Part shown: positions 1-8,169 of the stretch, one piece after another
How positions within the stretch are numbered: the first letter of the stretch is position 1
How the letters are laid out: every line of letters begins with the position of its first letter
From: an uncultured virus (IMG/VR IMGVR_UViG_3300046321_000078)
Taxonomy: Duplodnaviria > Heunggongvirae > Uroviricota > Caudoviricetes
IMG/VR virus record: IMGVR_UViG_3300046321_000078
DNA: 20,000 nucleotides
Strand: one strand, 5' to 3'
Notes under the pieces: model-generated
The model's input: only the letters and a program-made list of their open reading frames with translations
Told to the model about the DNA's origin: nothing
The model's database searches: none
Position numbers and translations under genes: made by a program

Positions 1-667
1 CGTTTTTATAGAATTGAGCAACGTGTGAGATGAAGTGTGTAAAAATGTGCATAGCTCCAGTTTGTTGTACACCTAATAACTCTTGTGTACGATCAGATAA
101 TCCGTGGATTAAGCCTTGTAAGTGATCTCCATTCAGGATTACGTGTAGATTTTTTACATCATTACGTCTACGAATCTTATACTCTGCTGTTTGTTTTGCC
201 ATGAATGCAGTTCTTCGACAAGCAATCTTCCAGTTGTATTCGTTTAGCCCGCCAATTTCAGAAGGGTCTACATTCAAACCGAAGTGTGTGTCTGTCAACA
301 TTACTACAACATCTCGGTCAAGCTTTGTTTTATTATTAAAATTAAGTACAGCTTTAGGTACTTTAATAGGAGCTATTACATTTTTCAATGTAGCAATGAT
401 GCGGTCTTCAAATAACTCTTTAGTTCCTACTGAATTTTCAAGCTTACGAATATATCCTGAAGTTTCTTTTAAAGAAGCAATGTCTTTTAAAGATTTCTCA
501 GTTTCTGGAAAATATGTTTTTTTAATAGCAGTATAGCCGCCATACTTTAATAATTGACGCTCCGAGATACCCATATCTTTTAAGTCTCTATTTTTAAGGT
601 CTTGCGGATTAGTTCCTGTGTCTGCACATACTTCTTTTATCTGTTTAACTATTTCTTTTAACGTCAT
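1..667 (-). CDS. Calcineurin-like metallophosphoesterase, partial (runs off the left edge)
   Basis: Not in the ORF track. Manual translation from ATG 667 (GGAG RBS) is open to the window edge: MTLKEIVKQIKEV...VVVMLTDTHFG...LHVILNGDHLQGLIH, which contains metallophosphoesterase motif I (DxH) and a motif II-like GD. Confidence 0.8.
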   Translation of the reverse strand, partial: MTLKEIVKQIKEVCADTGTNPQDLKNRDLKDMGISERQLLKYGGYTAIKKTYFPETEKSLKDIASLKETSGYIRKLENSVGTKELFEDRIIATLKNVIAPIKVPKAVLNFNNKTKLDRDVVVMLTDTHFGLNVDPSEIGGLNEYNWKIACRRTAFMAKQTAEYKIRRRNDVKNLHVILNGDHLQGLIHGLSDRTQELLGVQQTGAMHIFTHFISHVAQFYKN

Positions 668-962
668 GTTTTCTCCAGTGTAAGTACTCAGCTTGAGTAG
701 TATATGGCATTTTACCGATCTTGAAACTAGCATGAAATTGCCAGTATGTCAAGTAAAATATAACTTTTAATACTTTATTATAATCTTTCTTATTATTAGT
801 ATCTTCTTTTAAATATTTTGGCACATACCGAGGTCGTTCGTTGTATGTATACCAATCTATACCTAGTAGAAATAATAACTTTGGGCCAATATCCTCACTT
901 ACTTCGTGATCTTCTGGATATTCTAACCATAGTGATTTTGTTTTACACCAGTAGGAAGTCAT
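645..962 (-). CDS. Hypothetical protein
   Basis: 105-aa ORF, ATGA-coupled to the upstream gene; no motif recognised. Confidence 0.65.
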   Translation of the reverse strand: MTSYWCKTKSLWLEYPEDHEVSEDIGPKLLFLLGIDWYTYNERPRYVPKYLKEDTNNKKDYNKVLKVIFYLTYWQFHASFKIGKMPYTTQAEYLHWRKHDVKRNS

Positions 963-1150
963 AAATCTCTCACATATTTATAAGGTTGTCTTTTTTTAAT
1001 TAACTCATTAACCCATCTGATAGCATCCACTTCGTTAGAAAAAGACATAAGGTCTTCCCAATCTTTAGAGAAAAAAAAGTATAAGTACTGCTCTTGTACT
1101 TTAAAATCGTAACCATTTCCAACTATTCTAAACTTATTTAAGCTCTTCAT
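959..1150 (-). CDS. Small hypothetical protein (KFRIV...FF..W type)
   Basis: Start moved to ATG 1150 after GGGAG; resembles 1306-1488. Confidence 0.65.
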   Translation of the reverse strand: MKSLNKFRIVGNGYDFKVQEQYLYFFFSKDWEDLMSFSNEVDAIRWVNELIKKRQPYKYVRDL

Positions 1151-1313
1151 GTGATCTCCCGTAATTATCATCTATATCGTATTCAGCAGTAGCTGTAACT
1201 CTTAGTATAGGCTCTGTACATTGTTTTAGCATAACCTCATGAAACTTTCTACTAAGGAGATATTTATATACTTCATCGTAGGTTAATTTATCAACTAACT
1301 CTTTATTACTCAT
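1134..1313 (-). CDS. Hypothetical protein, 59 aa
   Basis: Manually translated MSNKELVDKLTY...RSHEELK; fills the gap between neighbours with short overlaps. Confidence 0.6.
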   Translation of the reverse strand: MSNKELVDKLTYDEVYKYLLSRKFHEVMLKQCTEPILRVTATAEYDIDDNYGRSHEELK

Positions 1314-1488
1314 AAGTTCTGACTACGAGTGGACAGGGTGTTACGTTTTGTTTAAACACATAATTTTCAGCACTATATATGTCGTTAAATGTACCTATTT
1401 GTTTCCAAAAAAACAATAAGAATCTGCGTTCAACTATAAATATTGGAGCAATATAGTAATCATCATATTTGACTATTCTAAATTTCAT
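1306..1488 (-). CDS. Small hypothetical protein (KFRIV...FFW type)
   Basis: GGGAG RBS, ATGA coupling; resembles 959-1150. Confidence 0.65.
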   Translation of the reverse strand: MKFRIVKYDDYYIAPIFIVERRFLLFFWKQIGTFNDIYSAENYVFKQNVTPCPLVVRTYE

Positions 1489-1697
1489 AATTCTCCCAAA
1501 TATGCAAATCTTTTTAAATGCTCTTCTGTTAACAAAGTTCTTTTGTATTTCTTACTTCTTTTGTTATTACCTTTGTACTCATATGTAACCACCCAAAATA
1601 TCACTTTATTATCCACATCATAACTCTGTTTAACATCTGATAGTAATACTATATATGCTTGATTTTTGGTTATGTAAACTCCGTCAGTAAATGTCAT
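1485..1697 (-). CDS. Hypothetical protein
   Basis: Likely start ATG 1697 (GGGAG RBS, TAATG overlap); ends YLGEL. Confidence 0.6.
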   Translation of the reverse strand: MTFTDGVYITKNQAYIVLLSDVKQSYDVDNKVIFWVVTYEYKGNNKRSKKYKRTLLTEEHLKRFAYLGEL

Positions 1698-1903
1698 TAG
1701 GTCTCCCACTTATTTATGTATATATCTTGACTTCCTTCTTCTATACAACCTGTGTCGCTATCTGGAATTTCTACTGCTATTTCTGGCGGTAACATGCCTA
1801 ATTTTTCAAATAGGTCGATAGCATTAGCAACTTGGTCTGCATTTACGAATACCGTATTATCTTTTGATTTTAATACTTGTTTTATAAACTTACTTTTTTT
1901 CAT
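1697..1903 (-). CDS. Hypothetical protein
   Basis: 68-aa ORF, GGGA RBS, ATGA coupling. Confidence 0.65.
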   Translation of the reverse strand: MKKSKFIKQVLKSKDNTVFVNADQVANAIDLFEKLGMLPPEIAVEIPDSDTGCIEEGSQDIYINKWET

Positions 1904-2277
1904 AAATTTTCCCTATACTTATCAAACATTTTAGCTAATCTGTGTTCTGGATTTATTCTTTTCATGTAAGCTGAGAACTCCAACATTGTCATATCTGATT
2001 TCATTCTATTACAATCCCAACAACAACCCGCTATATTAAATTCGGTATACCCTTTTTTGTTATTCAATCTATCAATACCTAATTCATTTTTTCTACCATC
2101 GAGTCCACAAATATAACATTTAGCTGTAATTAGTGAATAGAATCGTTCAAATGATATTAAAAACTTTAGACCTTTAAACTTAGCTCTTTTTTTATATTCA
2201 TCAAATTTATCACAATATTTTAAAAATAGATTAGTCTCAATGCCAACAATATCTTCAAATTTTTTAAGTTGATTCAT
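1900..2277 (-). CDS. HNH/His-Me finger endonuclease-like zinc-binding protein
   Basis: CYICG...GIDRLNNKKGY...NIAGCCWDCNRMK: two CxxC pairs around a beta-beta-alpha-Me-like motif, with DR where DH is usual. Confidence 0.75.
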   Translation of the reverse strand: MNQLKKFEDIVGIETNLFLKYCDKFDEYKKRAKFKGLKFLISFERFYSLITAKCYICGLDGRKNELGIDRLNNKKGYTEFNIAGCCWDCNRMKSDMTMLEFSAYMKRINPEHRLAKMFDKYRENL

Positions 2278-3083
2278 TACAATTCCTCCAATGCTTTCTT
2301 ATTCTTGTTTAAACTATAATTTAAGTACTGAGACATGTCAAGTATTGTCTTAAATATATTAAGGGTTGCGTGAACCCGTTTAACCAGATGTTCGGTATCA
2401 GCATCATTGTTATAATTTGATACAAGTTTTAAACCATACTTAATTTTAATCTCTTCCTTATATCCCTTTGTTTCATGTTCATCAGTTGCTTTGTTTTTTC
2501 GCATAATTGGAGCTTGTATCACTTGTTTACTTAATATAGCTGGATATAGTTGTACTCTATCACCCTCCTGAACATGAATATTAGCAATAGCATCGTATAC
2601 CTCAGTTTCATTTCTACGTATTTTCTTATCTAAGATGTCCTGTTCAACATAACCTTTACAGTTAAGTATTGGCTTTGTTATTGTTGCTTTCTTTGACCAT
2701 TGCATTATGTCAGTTGGAGCTTTAGCCATTTTTACATATTTCTTATATATAACATCAATATCTTCTAGTCTATGTTCAATCAAAGCTTTTACAATTTCTT
2801 GTATCATGTCTTTCATAATACTTTCAGTCTTTAGGGACTTCATGCTTGAACCTTTTATTTTTAACGTACCTTTATCATCTAGCATAATATAATTTTTAGC
2901 TTTAACAACAACAAAAGATGGAAAATATCCATCATGCTCAAATTTAATATTTTCTGGATATAGGGAGTTTAGCTCGTCCAATAAGAAATCCTGTTCATCT
3001 TTAGATATAACACTACCATCAGCTTTAGAGAAAGTAATACTATCCGTATCACAGTTGATGAGTGTAAAATTATGTGTCTTCAT
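2277..3083 (-). CDS. Family B DNA polymerase, C-terminal part (motif C palm plus thumb)
   Basis: Begins MKTHNFTLINCDTDSITF (motif C DTDS), then KAKNY and LKIKG. ATG 3083 follows a GAGGA SD-like sequence and overlaps the end of the upstream pol ORF. Confidence 0.88.
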   Translation of the reverse strand: MKTHNFTLINCDTDSITFSKADGSVISKDEQDFLLDELNSLYPENIKFEHDGYFPSFVVVKAKNYIMLDDKGTLKIKGSSMKSLKTESIMKDMIQEIVKALIEHRLEDIDVIYKKYVKMAKAPTDIMQWSKKATITKPILNCKGYVEQDILDKKIRRNETEVYDAIANIHVQEGDRVQLYPAILSKQVIQAPIMRKNKATDEHETKGYKEEIKIKYGLKLVSNYNNDADTEHLVKRVHATLNIFKTILDMSQYLNYSLNKNKKALEEL

Positions 3084-4767
3084 TTTCTTCTTCCTCAACT
3101 TTAGGATTTATCTCTTGATATGTTTTACTCGTTGCCCATAGTATACTCTTCTCCAGCACTTCGCGTCCATATCTAGTAACACTACTTCCCGCATCCATAT
3201 CGTTGAAGTTAAGACCTTTTGTTGTTAGGAAACCGTATGAACTGTTAATAAATATTTTTTGGGTTCCTTGTAAATCATCATAATATTTATCTCCAGTTAT
3301 TTTGGCAAGTTTTTTATTTTCAAATCGCTGTAGAGTAAAGTATTCCAACATCTTTAAAAAATTACCTAGATAGTCAGATGCAGGTTTAACTTCGTATTGT
3401 CTCATGATACTTGGATAGAGAGATGAAACATCGACTTTCATTGCGTTCTTATACAGTCCAGGATTACCGTAACTAATCGCACCTTGAAACTCTGATGTTT
3501 CTTGTCCCTTTGGTATTGACCATCCATCCTGTAGATAGCTGCGTACTATTAAGCTATTAATCTGTCCGCCAGTGTTTGTTTCTGTTACTATTTGAAATGG
3601 TTTAGGTATATATGCAGTAATTAAGAAAAACGGTGTAGCCATCAAATCAAATAGTTTTATCGGATCTTCACTATCGTCGATACAATACTGACAAATATCT
3701 TTACGTTTATTTAAATCAAACCAGTCATCTTTAATTTTAGAAGCATCATAGTGTGTTCTGCCTTCTTTTTCTAGTCCCTCAACTTTAATTACAGATTTAA
3801 GAGCATAGCTATCATATTTCTTTGTCGCCTGATCAGCTTTCAGTGTGACAATCCACATATCCACAATATCTCTTCCCCATACTTCAGGACGTTGATAGTC
3901 ATACTCTTGACTACCATCTTTACGTATCTTCCTGGGTGTTCGTCTATTTTCTAGAGCAAGTGATGATCCATCTCTTCCAATATTAATATTAAAATCATGT
4001 TTATTAGCAATTCCTAATAGGTAAGGAATGTCAAATAAATAAATATTATATCCAGTTATGATACTTGGATTCTTTTCCATAACCCATTTAGCCCAGGCTT
4101 GAATTAATTCCTTTTGTGAAGAATAATTATCCTCAGAGAAAAGCTTACGCTCATACTTATCATTATTTCGATAAGTACTACCAATGCATAGAACCTTAGC
4201 CTCCGATGCTGCCGGATCTATTGATGTAGTCTCTAAGTCAAATGATAAAATTGAGACATCTTTTAATTTTAAATTCTTATAGTATGTTATTCCTGTATCA
4301 ATCATAAATGATTCAACATTATTAGGAATAAAGTAAAAGTCATTCTTGTATAGTTTAGGCTTTATATCTTTAAATTCATTCTCTGAATAGTACTTTCGAT
4401 ACCTGTAGTGACCAGGCCCCTTTAGTTTATCAAATGAAGTGTTAACTTTACTAGGTGATAAAACAAACTGTTTGAATGTTTGCTTTTGCTCAGATATAAT
4501 ACCTAAATGTTCTTTAAATATATGAATATTATTATTTTTATACGCGATATTAACTATATTGGTTTGTTTATCTTTACCATTGATAACATCGTCAATTTTA
4601 GCCGGTAATAATGAATTAACTGAATTATATATATCAAACTCTATATCTTGACCATTCATTGTTCCATATATAGTATTATTAATTTGTTTTTTGATTTTCA
4701 ATGTACCATCATCTAAACATGATACATATTCATTAATAGATTCACTAGTATCTAATATATATTTCAA
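3070..4767 (-). CDS. Family B DNA polymerase, N-terminal part (3'-5' exonuclease, motif A, fingers/motif B)
   Basis: ExoI SFDLETT, ExoII GYNIYLFD, ExoIII YCIDD, motif A DVSSLYPS, motif B KIFINSSYG, VTRYGRE; no DTDS. TTG start with GGAG RBS. Confidence 0.93.
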   Translation of the reverse strand: MKYILDTSESINEYVSCLDDGTLKIKKQINNTIYGTMNGQDIEFDIYNSVNSLLPAKIDDVINGKDKQTNIVNIAYKNNNIHIFKEHLGIISEQKQTFKQFVLSPSKVNTSFDKLKGPGHYRYRKYYSENEFKDIKPKLYKNDFYFIPNNVESFMIDTGITYYKNLKLKDVSILSFDLETTSIDPAASEAKVLCIGSTYRNNDKYERKLFSEDNYSSQKELIQAWAKWVMEKNPSIITGYNIYLFDIPYLLGIANKHDFNINIGRDGSSLALENRRTPRKIRKDGSQEYDYQRPEVWGRDIVDMWIVTLKADQATKKYDSYALKSVIKVEGLEKEGRTHYDASKIKDDWFDLNKRKDICQYCIDDSEDPIKLFDLMATPFFLITAYIPKPFQIVTETNTGGQINSLIVRSYLQDGWSIPKGQETSEFQGAISYGNPGLYKNAMKVDVSSLYPSIMRQYEVKPASDYLGNFLKMLEYFTLQRFENKKLAKITGDKYYDDLQGTQKIFINSSYGFLTTKGLNFNDMDAGSSVTRYGREVLEKSILWATSKTYQEINPKVEEEENEDT

Positions 4768-4776
4768 TTAGGACTC

Positions 4777-5046
4777 CTATTGAAATGGATCACCAAATGG
4801 CTTCTTCTCTTCAACTTCGGGAATATCTGCGTCTGTTATCATCATAACCTCAGACATAGGTATAGCAACCTGAACGTCAATACTCTCTCCAAGATAATAG
4901 AAGTTCTCATCACAGTCAAGTAAAACATTCTTTATGATAGGATTACCTCCCAATGATGAATTCTCTTTTAATACTACAGATACAAACTTACCACCTAAAT
5001 GTTTCAATAACTTATTTGTCTGTACTTTTTTTCTAATCTTTTTCAT
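4777..5046 (-). CDS. Hypothetical protein, possible Sm/LSm-like fold
   Basis: Likely start ATG 5046 (GAGG). Pattern LGGKFVSVVL...VLLDCDENFYYLG...VAIPMSEVMMI resembles Sm1/Sm2 strands. The ORF is solid; the fold is inference. Confidence 0.5.
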   Translation of the reverse strand: MKKIRKKVQTNKLLKHLGGKFVSVVLKENSSLGGNPIIKNVLLDCDENFYYLGESIDVQVAIPMSEVMMITDADIPEVEEKKPFGDPFQ

Positions 5047-5305
5047 CAACTGCCTCGAGTAAGTATATACTGGTTTTCGTTTCAAGTTCATAACCTTTTA
5101 TATGTCTTGTAATATTTATAATAGGAGAGGTTGACAGTGCATCATCCCATCTTTTTCCTTGAATATGTACCCACATCTTATGTGAACGATGTATTAAAGA
5201 CGCTTGACCTTGTTGGGTATATCCTACAGGTATACTTGAGTAATGATCATCTTTTATTTTAATCTTTGTTAGTTTATATGTCTTATTTTTGTGTATTTTC
5301 AACAT
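5033..5305 (-). CDS. Hypothetical protein, probably leaderless
   Basis: 90-aa ORF; ATG lies 6 nt after a -10 box. Confidence 0.7.
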   Translation of the reverse strand: MLKIHKNKTYKLTKIKIKDDHYSSIPVGYTQQGQASLIHRSHKMWVHIQGKRWDDALSTSPIINITRHIKGYELETKTSIYLLEAVDEKD

Positions 5306-5311
5306 TGTTAT

Positions 5312-5340
5312 AATATATCAGGTTTTCTGTGTATTGTCAA
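5312..5340 (-). promoter_or_regulatory. Sigma70-type promoter
   Basis: TTGACA (5340-5335), 17 bp spacer, TATATT (5317-5312). Confidence 0.8.
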
Positions 5341-5345
5341 CAAAT

Positions 5346-5369
5346 AAAAAAGGGACAATTACGTTGCCC
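5346..5369 (-). terminator. Probable intrinsic terminator
   Basis: GGGCAA-cgtaa-TTGTCC hairpin (one G-U pair) followed by C and TTTTTT on the minus strand. Confidence 0.6.
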
Positions 5370-5589
5370 ACTCGGTTCACTTAAAATACGGTAGAACTCC
5401 CGCTATAGGTGGTGCGCTATTACCACTTCCTTGTACTTCGGAGCTAGAAAGACCTTCGTCACTTATATGACATGTTCGGCATGTTTCAAAGGAGAGGAAG
5501 TCTCAGTTCTAGTCTATGCTATTTCCAGATGCTCGAGTTTAGCTTATTATCACTTCCTGAACAGCACCAGCTTACACAGCTCTATAGAT
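5370..5589 (-). ncRNA. Putative structured non-coding RNA, family unknown
   Basis: No credible ORF, GC-richer than the flanks, nested stems: TGCTGTT-CAG/CTG-AATAGCA, CTAGAA/TTCTAG, CCTTTG/CGAAGG, GTCA/TGAC, GTGGT/ACCAC, CTATAG/CTATAG; ends at a terminator. Confidence 0.5.
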
Positions 5590-5844
5590 TTAAGATTTCA
5601 TTGGGGGTAATTTTGATACCTCATAAGTTTTCCAATCAGGAACAGAACTTAAGCGTTCTTCAGCTTTAGCTGCTGTTAAGAACCCTCGCTGCTCTAGTCC
5701 TTTAATTACATCTGCTGGTTTTTCTAAAATAAGCTTATCGCCCTTCTTTAAAACCATATCCTGTTCAACGGTAATAATAGACTTACCTGTTTTTGATTTA
5801 GACACATATCCAACTTTTCCAGCTGGTAACTTAAATTCGCTCAC
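5590..5844 (-). CDS. Hypothetical protein
   Basis: Start moved to GTG 5844 after an AAGGAG RBS; 84 aa. Confidence 0.7.
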   Translation of the reverse strand: MSEFKLPAGKVGYVSKSKTGKSIITVEQDMVLKKGDKLILEKPADVIKGLEQRGFLTAAKAEERLSSVPDWKTYEVSKLPPMKS

Positions 5845-6004
5845 TAGTTTCTCCTTCTTCAATCGCAGGTAATTCTGCTATTTCTTTTAATAATTCTTGT
5901 ATAAACTTAGCTTCTTCACTATCTAAGTCTTCTGACAGTAATGTAACATTTCTAGCCTTTAGCAAAGGTGTGATACCTTTTAGATAAGTAGTAATGGCTT
6001 TCAT
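5831..6004 (-). CDS. Hypothetical protein, 57 aa
   Basis: Manually translated MKAITTYLKG...ETSERI; GGAG RBS, TAATG overlap. Confidence 0.65.
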   Translation of the reverse strand: MKAITTYLKGITPLLKARNVTLLSEDLDSEEAKFIQELLKEIAELPAIEEGETSERI

Positions 6005-6342
6005 TACATCTCCTTTAATATTTTAGCCTTAGCCTCGTCAGACACTCCAGCAACACCTTCTGATAGCTTCTGCTTCATATCATTCTTCAACACTTCTTTT
6101 GCTTTTAAAACAACACTAACAGCTTGGTATAGCTTCTGAGCTTTGACATTCTGAAAACGGTCAGCTTCATAAGACATATCGGTCATTACAGCATTAAACA
6201 CTTTAGCTAAGGTTACATTATCTTTATGAGAAACTGTAAACTCCTTAATTAAATCTGTTGCTGTAATTTGTAAATTCTTGTACAACACTAATGCTGTACG
6301 TACTTCATCTTCTTGTGTTGGTGCTTGTTGTTCTTCAGACAT
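6004..6342 (-). CDS. Hypothetical helical protein
   Basis: 112-aa ORF with AAAGG RBS. Confidence 0.7.
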   Translation of the reverse strand: MSEEQQAPTQEDEVRTALVLYKNLQITATDLIKEFTVSHKDNVTLAKVFNAVMTDMSYEADRFQNVKAQKLYQAVSVVLKAKEVLKNDMKQKLSEGVAGVSDEAKAKILKEM

Positions 6343-6343
6343 T

Positions 6344-6496
6344 TTATTTTGTACCTTTCTTATTTCTATAGTACATAGGCGTTACTATACTGTTTTTAAT
6401 ATAATCAAGTTCTTTTACAAGCTCTTTATGCTCTACTTTTGTTATTGGTAATCCTGTTCTAAATTTAGAGCCTAGACTTTTTAATTCTTTTATCAT
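6344..6496 (-). CDS. Hypothetical protein, 50 aa
   Basis: Manually translated MIKELKSLG...KKGTK; fills the gap between neighbours. Confidence 0.5.
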   Translation of the reverse strand: MIKELKSLGSKFRTGLPITKVEHKELVKELDYIKNSIVTPMYYRNKKGTK

Positions 6497-6510
6497 TTTA
6501 TTTGATTTCA

Positions 6511-7074
6511 CTACAAATCATCTCCTGAGTTTGTTACTGTTGTAGCCGTTGGTTTTGTTGGTCTACGAAAAGATGGAGCAGGCTTGTTTACTTCAGCGGT
6601 TACTGGACTCAGATTCGTAGCGGGAGCAAATGCCGGATTAACTACTGGAGAGTTTGTCACAATTGTAACAGTTTCCATTTTACCGTGTGTATTTGTCGCA
6701 TCCGCATCTTTTGTATCGTCAATTAAGAATAAACCATTTAATGAATATTTTTTCGCGTAGGAGCTAGTTGAACCTGTAATTTGAGAACTACTCATTCCTT
6801 TAGCTTCGTCAGCTTCTCTAGCATAGGCAGAATTTGATAGTTTATTCTCTCCGTCGGTAATAGTTGACGTAGACTTTACATAAATTCTTCCGCCCAACTC
6901 AACCATCTCGTCATTAATAGTGAGAACCAGTCCTGACTCTTTTAATAACGGTTTTACTGCTTCTAGAATATCTTCACAGTTCCGGTAGTGGTAGTTTCCA
7001 AATTTATTGAATTGAGATTTTGGAGCCTTGAGGCTGACCTGTATCATTGCTACTTTTTTAATAAAATCTTTCAT
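6511..7074 (-). CDS. erf: ERF-family single-strand annealing protein
   Basis: LKAPKSQFNKFGNYHYRNCEDILEAVKP, AYARE, SQITGSTSSYAKKYSLNGLFLIDDTKDAD: ERF signature. Confidence 0.92.
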   Translation of the reverse strand: MKDFIKKVAMIQVSLKAPKSQFNKFGNYHYRNCEDILEAVKPLLKESGLVLTINDEMVELGGRIYVKSTSTITDGENKLSNSAYAREADEAKGMSSSQITGSTSSYAKKYSLNGLFLIDDTKDADATNTHGKMETVTIVTNSPVVNPAFAPATNLSPVTAEVNKPAPSFRRPTKPTATTVTNSGDDL

Positions 7075-7284
7075 TTAATTGCCCCCTCTACATAAAGATT
7101 CTAAATATAAATTTACGTCCGTATCACTGGGGTCTATTTTTTTGTTCATCATAACACTAGCTACTTCTAATTGAAAAAAAGTATTATCTACAACTTCATC
7201 AAGTGCTTCTTGACTTAAATTGTAATATTGATCTTTTACAATAAAATTGACATCTTCTGATGTTAGTTTATATCTTTGCTGCAT
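7075..7284 (-). CDS. Hypothetical protein
   Basis: 69 aa, GGAG RBS. Confidence 0.7.
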   Translation of the reverse strand: MQQRYKLTSEDVNFIVKDQYYNLSQEALDEVVDNTFFQLEVASVMMNKKIDPSDTDVNLYLESLCRGGN

Positions 7285-7292
7285 ATATTCTC

Positions 7293-7667
7293 CTATCGTT
7301 TTGGTTTATTCATACCGCTTAAAGGTAATCCGTTTAATACTCTAGCAATAGCTTCTTGACATCTAGCCTGAGCAACAGCCTTACTAGATTCTGATCGTAC
7401 AACACTATTGATTCGACATTCATTTGTTTGAGGGTTATATAATACTTCAGTTACATCCCACTTACCATGCTCATTTTTATTTACACCAAAAGATTGTTGC
7501 CACTTTGTTGTAGTATCTGCTAGTTTAGCTAAAGTATCTTTATGTGTTTCCATTACTTTCTTAGCTGCTTCTTTAAAATCTTCTTTTTTCTTTACTTCGA
7601 TAGTAGAGGAAGCTTCTTTTAAAAGAGCCTCTAACTCATCGTCCTCAAACACATTATTCTTTGCCAT
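7293..7667 (-). CDS. Hypothetical protein
   Basis: 124 aa, AAGGAG RBS, TAATG overlap. Confidence 0.75.
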   Translation of the reverse strand: MAKNNVFEDDELEALLKEASSTIEVKKKEDFKEAAKKVMETHKDTLAKLADTTTKWQQSFGVNKNEHGKWDVTEVLYNPQTNECRINSVVRSESSKAVAQARCQEAIARVLNGLPLSGMNKPKR

Positions 7668-7936
7668 TAAAACTCCTTCTTAAATGTTACAGATGTTGTA
7701 TCTTTTATCTTTATGCTAAAATTTCTATTTAACTTTACTGATATATCTACACCACTAGATGCTGCTACCATTGGTAAAATATACTCATAAACATAAGTTG
7801 GTGCAATATCTCTAGCTTTTAATTCAACGTTAGTAATCAATTCTGTAATGGATGGTTTGTGATAAGCATAGCTAATATATGCTTCATTGCAACCTTTTCC
7901 ATTTATACAAATTAATGCTACTAACATTTCTTCCAC
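7667..7936 (-). CDS. Hypothetical protein
   Basis: 89 aa, GTG start overlapping the upstream stop. Confidence 0.6.
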   Translation of the reverse strand: MEEMLVALICINGKGCNEAYISYAYHKPSITELITNVELKARDIAPTYVYEYILPMVAASSGVDISVKLNRNFSIKIKDTTSVTFKKEF

Positions 7937-8169
7937 TATTTATACCTGCACTGTTTGTCTATATCTTGCTGTAGCATATCAGAGTTGGTGTAGTTTGTCA
8001 AGTAATCTTTTTTATCAACAAACATACCAGCATACTTCTGTCCTTCTTTTGTATAAGTATAGGATAGATCCACACATGCCAGTTTTGTTTTAATAAAGCT
8101 TGGGTTATTGAAATCTGTTTTACTATTAATTAAAGCTGCCATGATTACAAATAAACCTGCGCTACTCAC
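7936..8169 (-). CDS. Hypothetical protein with hydrophobic N-terminus
   Basis: 77 aa, GGAGG RBS with GTG start. Confidence 0.65.
   Translation of the reverse strand: MSSAGLFVIMAALINSKTDFNNPSFIKTKLACVDLSYTYTKEGQKYAGMFVDKKDYLTNYTNSDMLQQDIDKQCRYK

Noticed and set aside
3070..3110. Split intein, intron or -1 slippery site at the polymerase junction
   Set aside because: No Cys/Ser...His-Asn intein ends, no intervening sequence, no X XXY YYZ heptamer, and the required shift is +1.
2850..4720. Shared peptide LDD(K)GTLKIK in both polymerase parts
   Set aside because: Short and low-complexity with divergent codons; likely coincidence.
5346..5589. tRNA or tmRNA
   Set aside because: No T-loop GTTCRANYC, no cloverleaf and no CCA-terminated acceptor stem on either strand.
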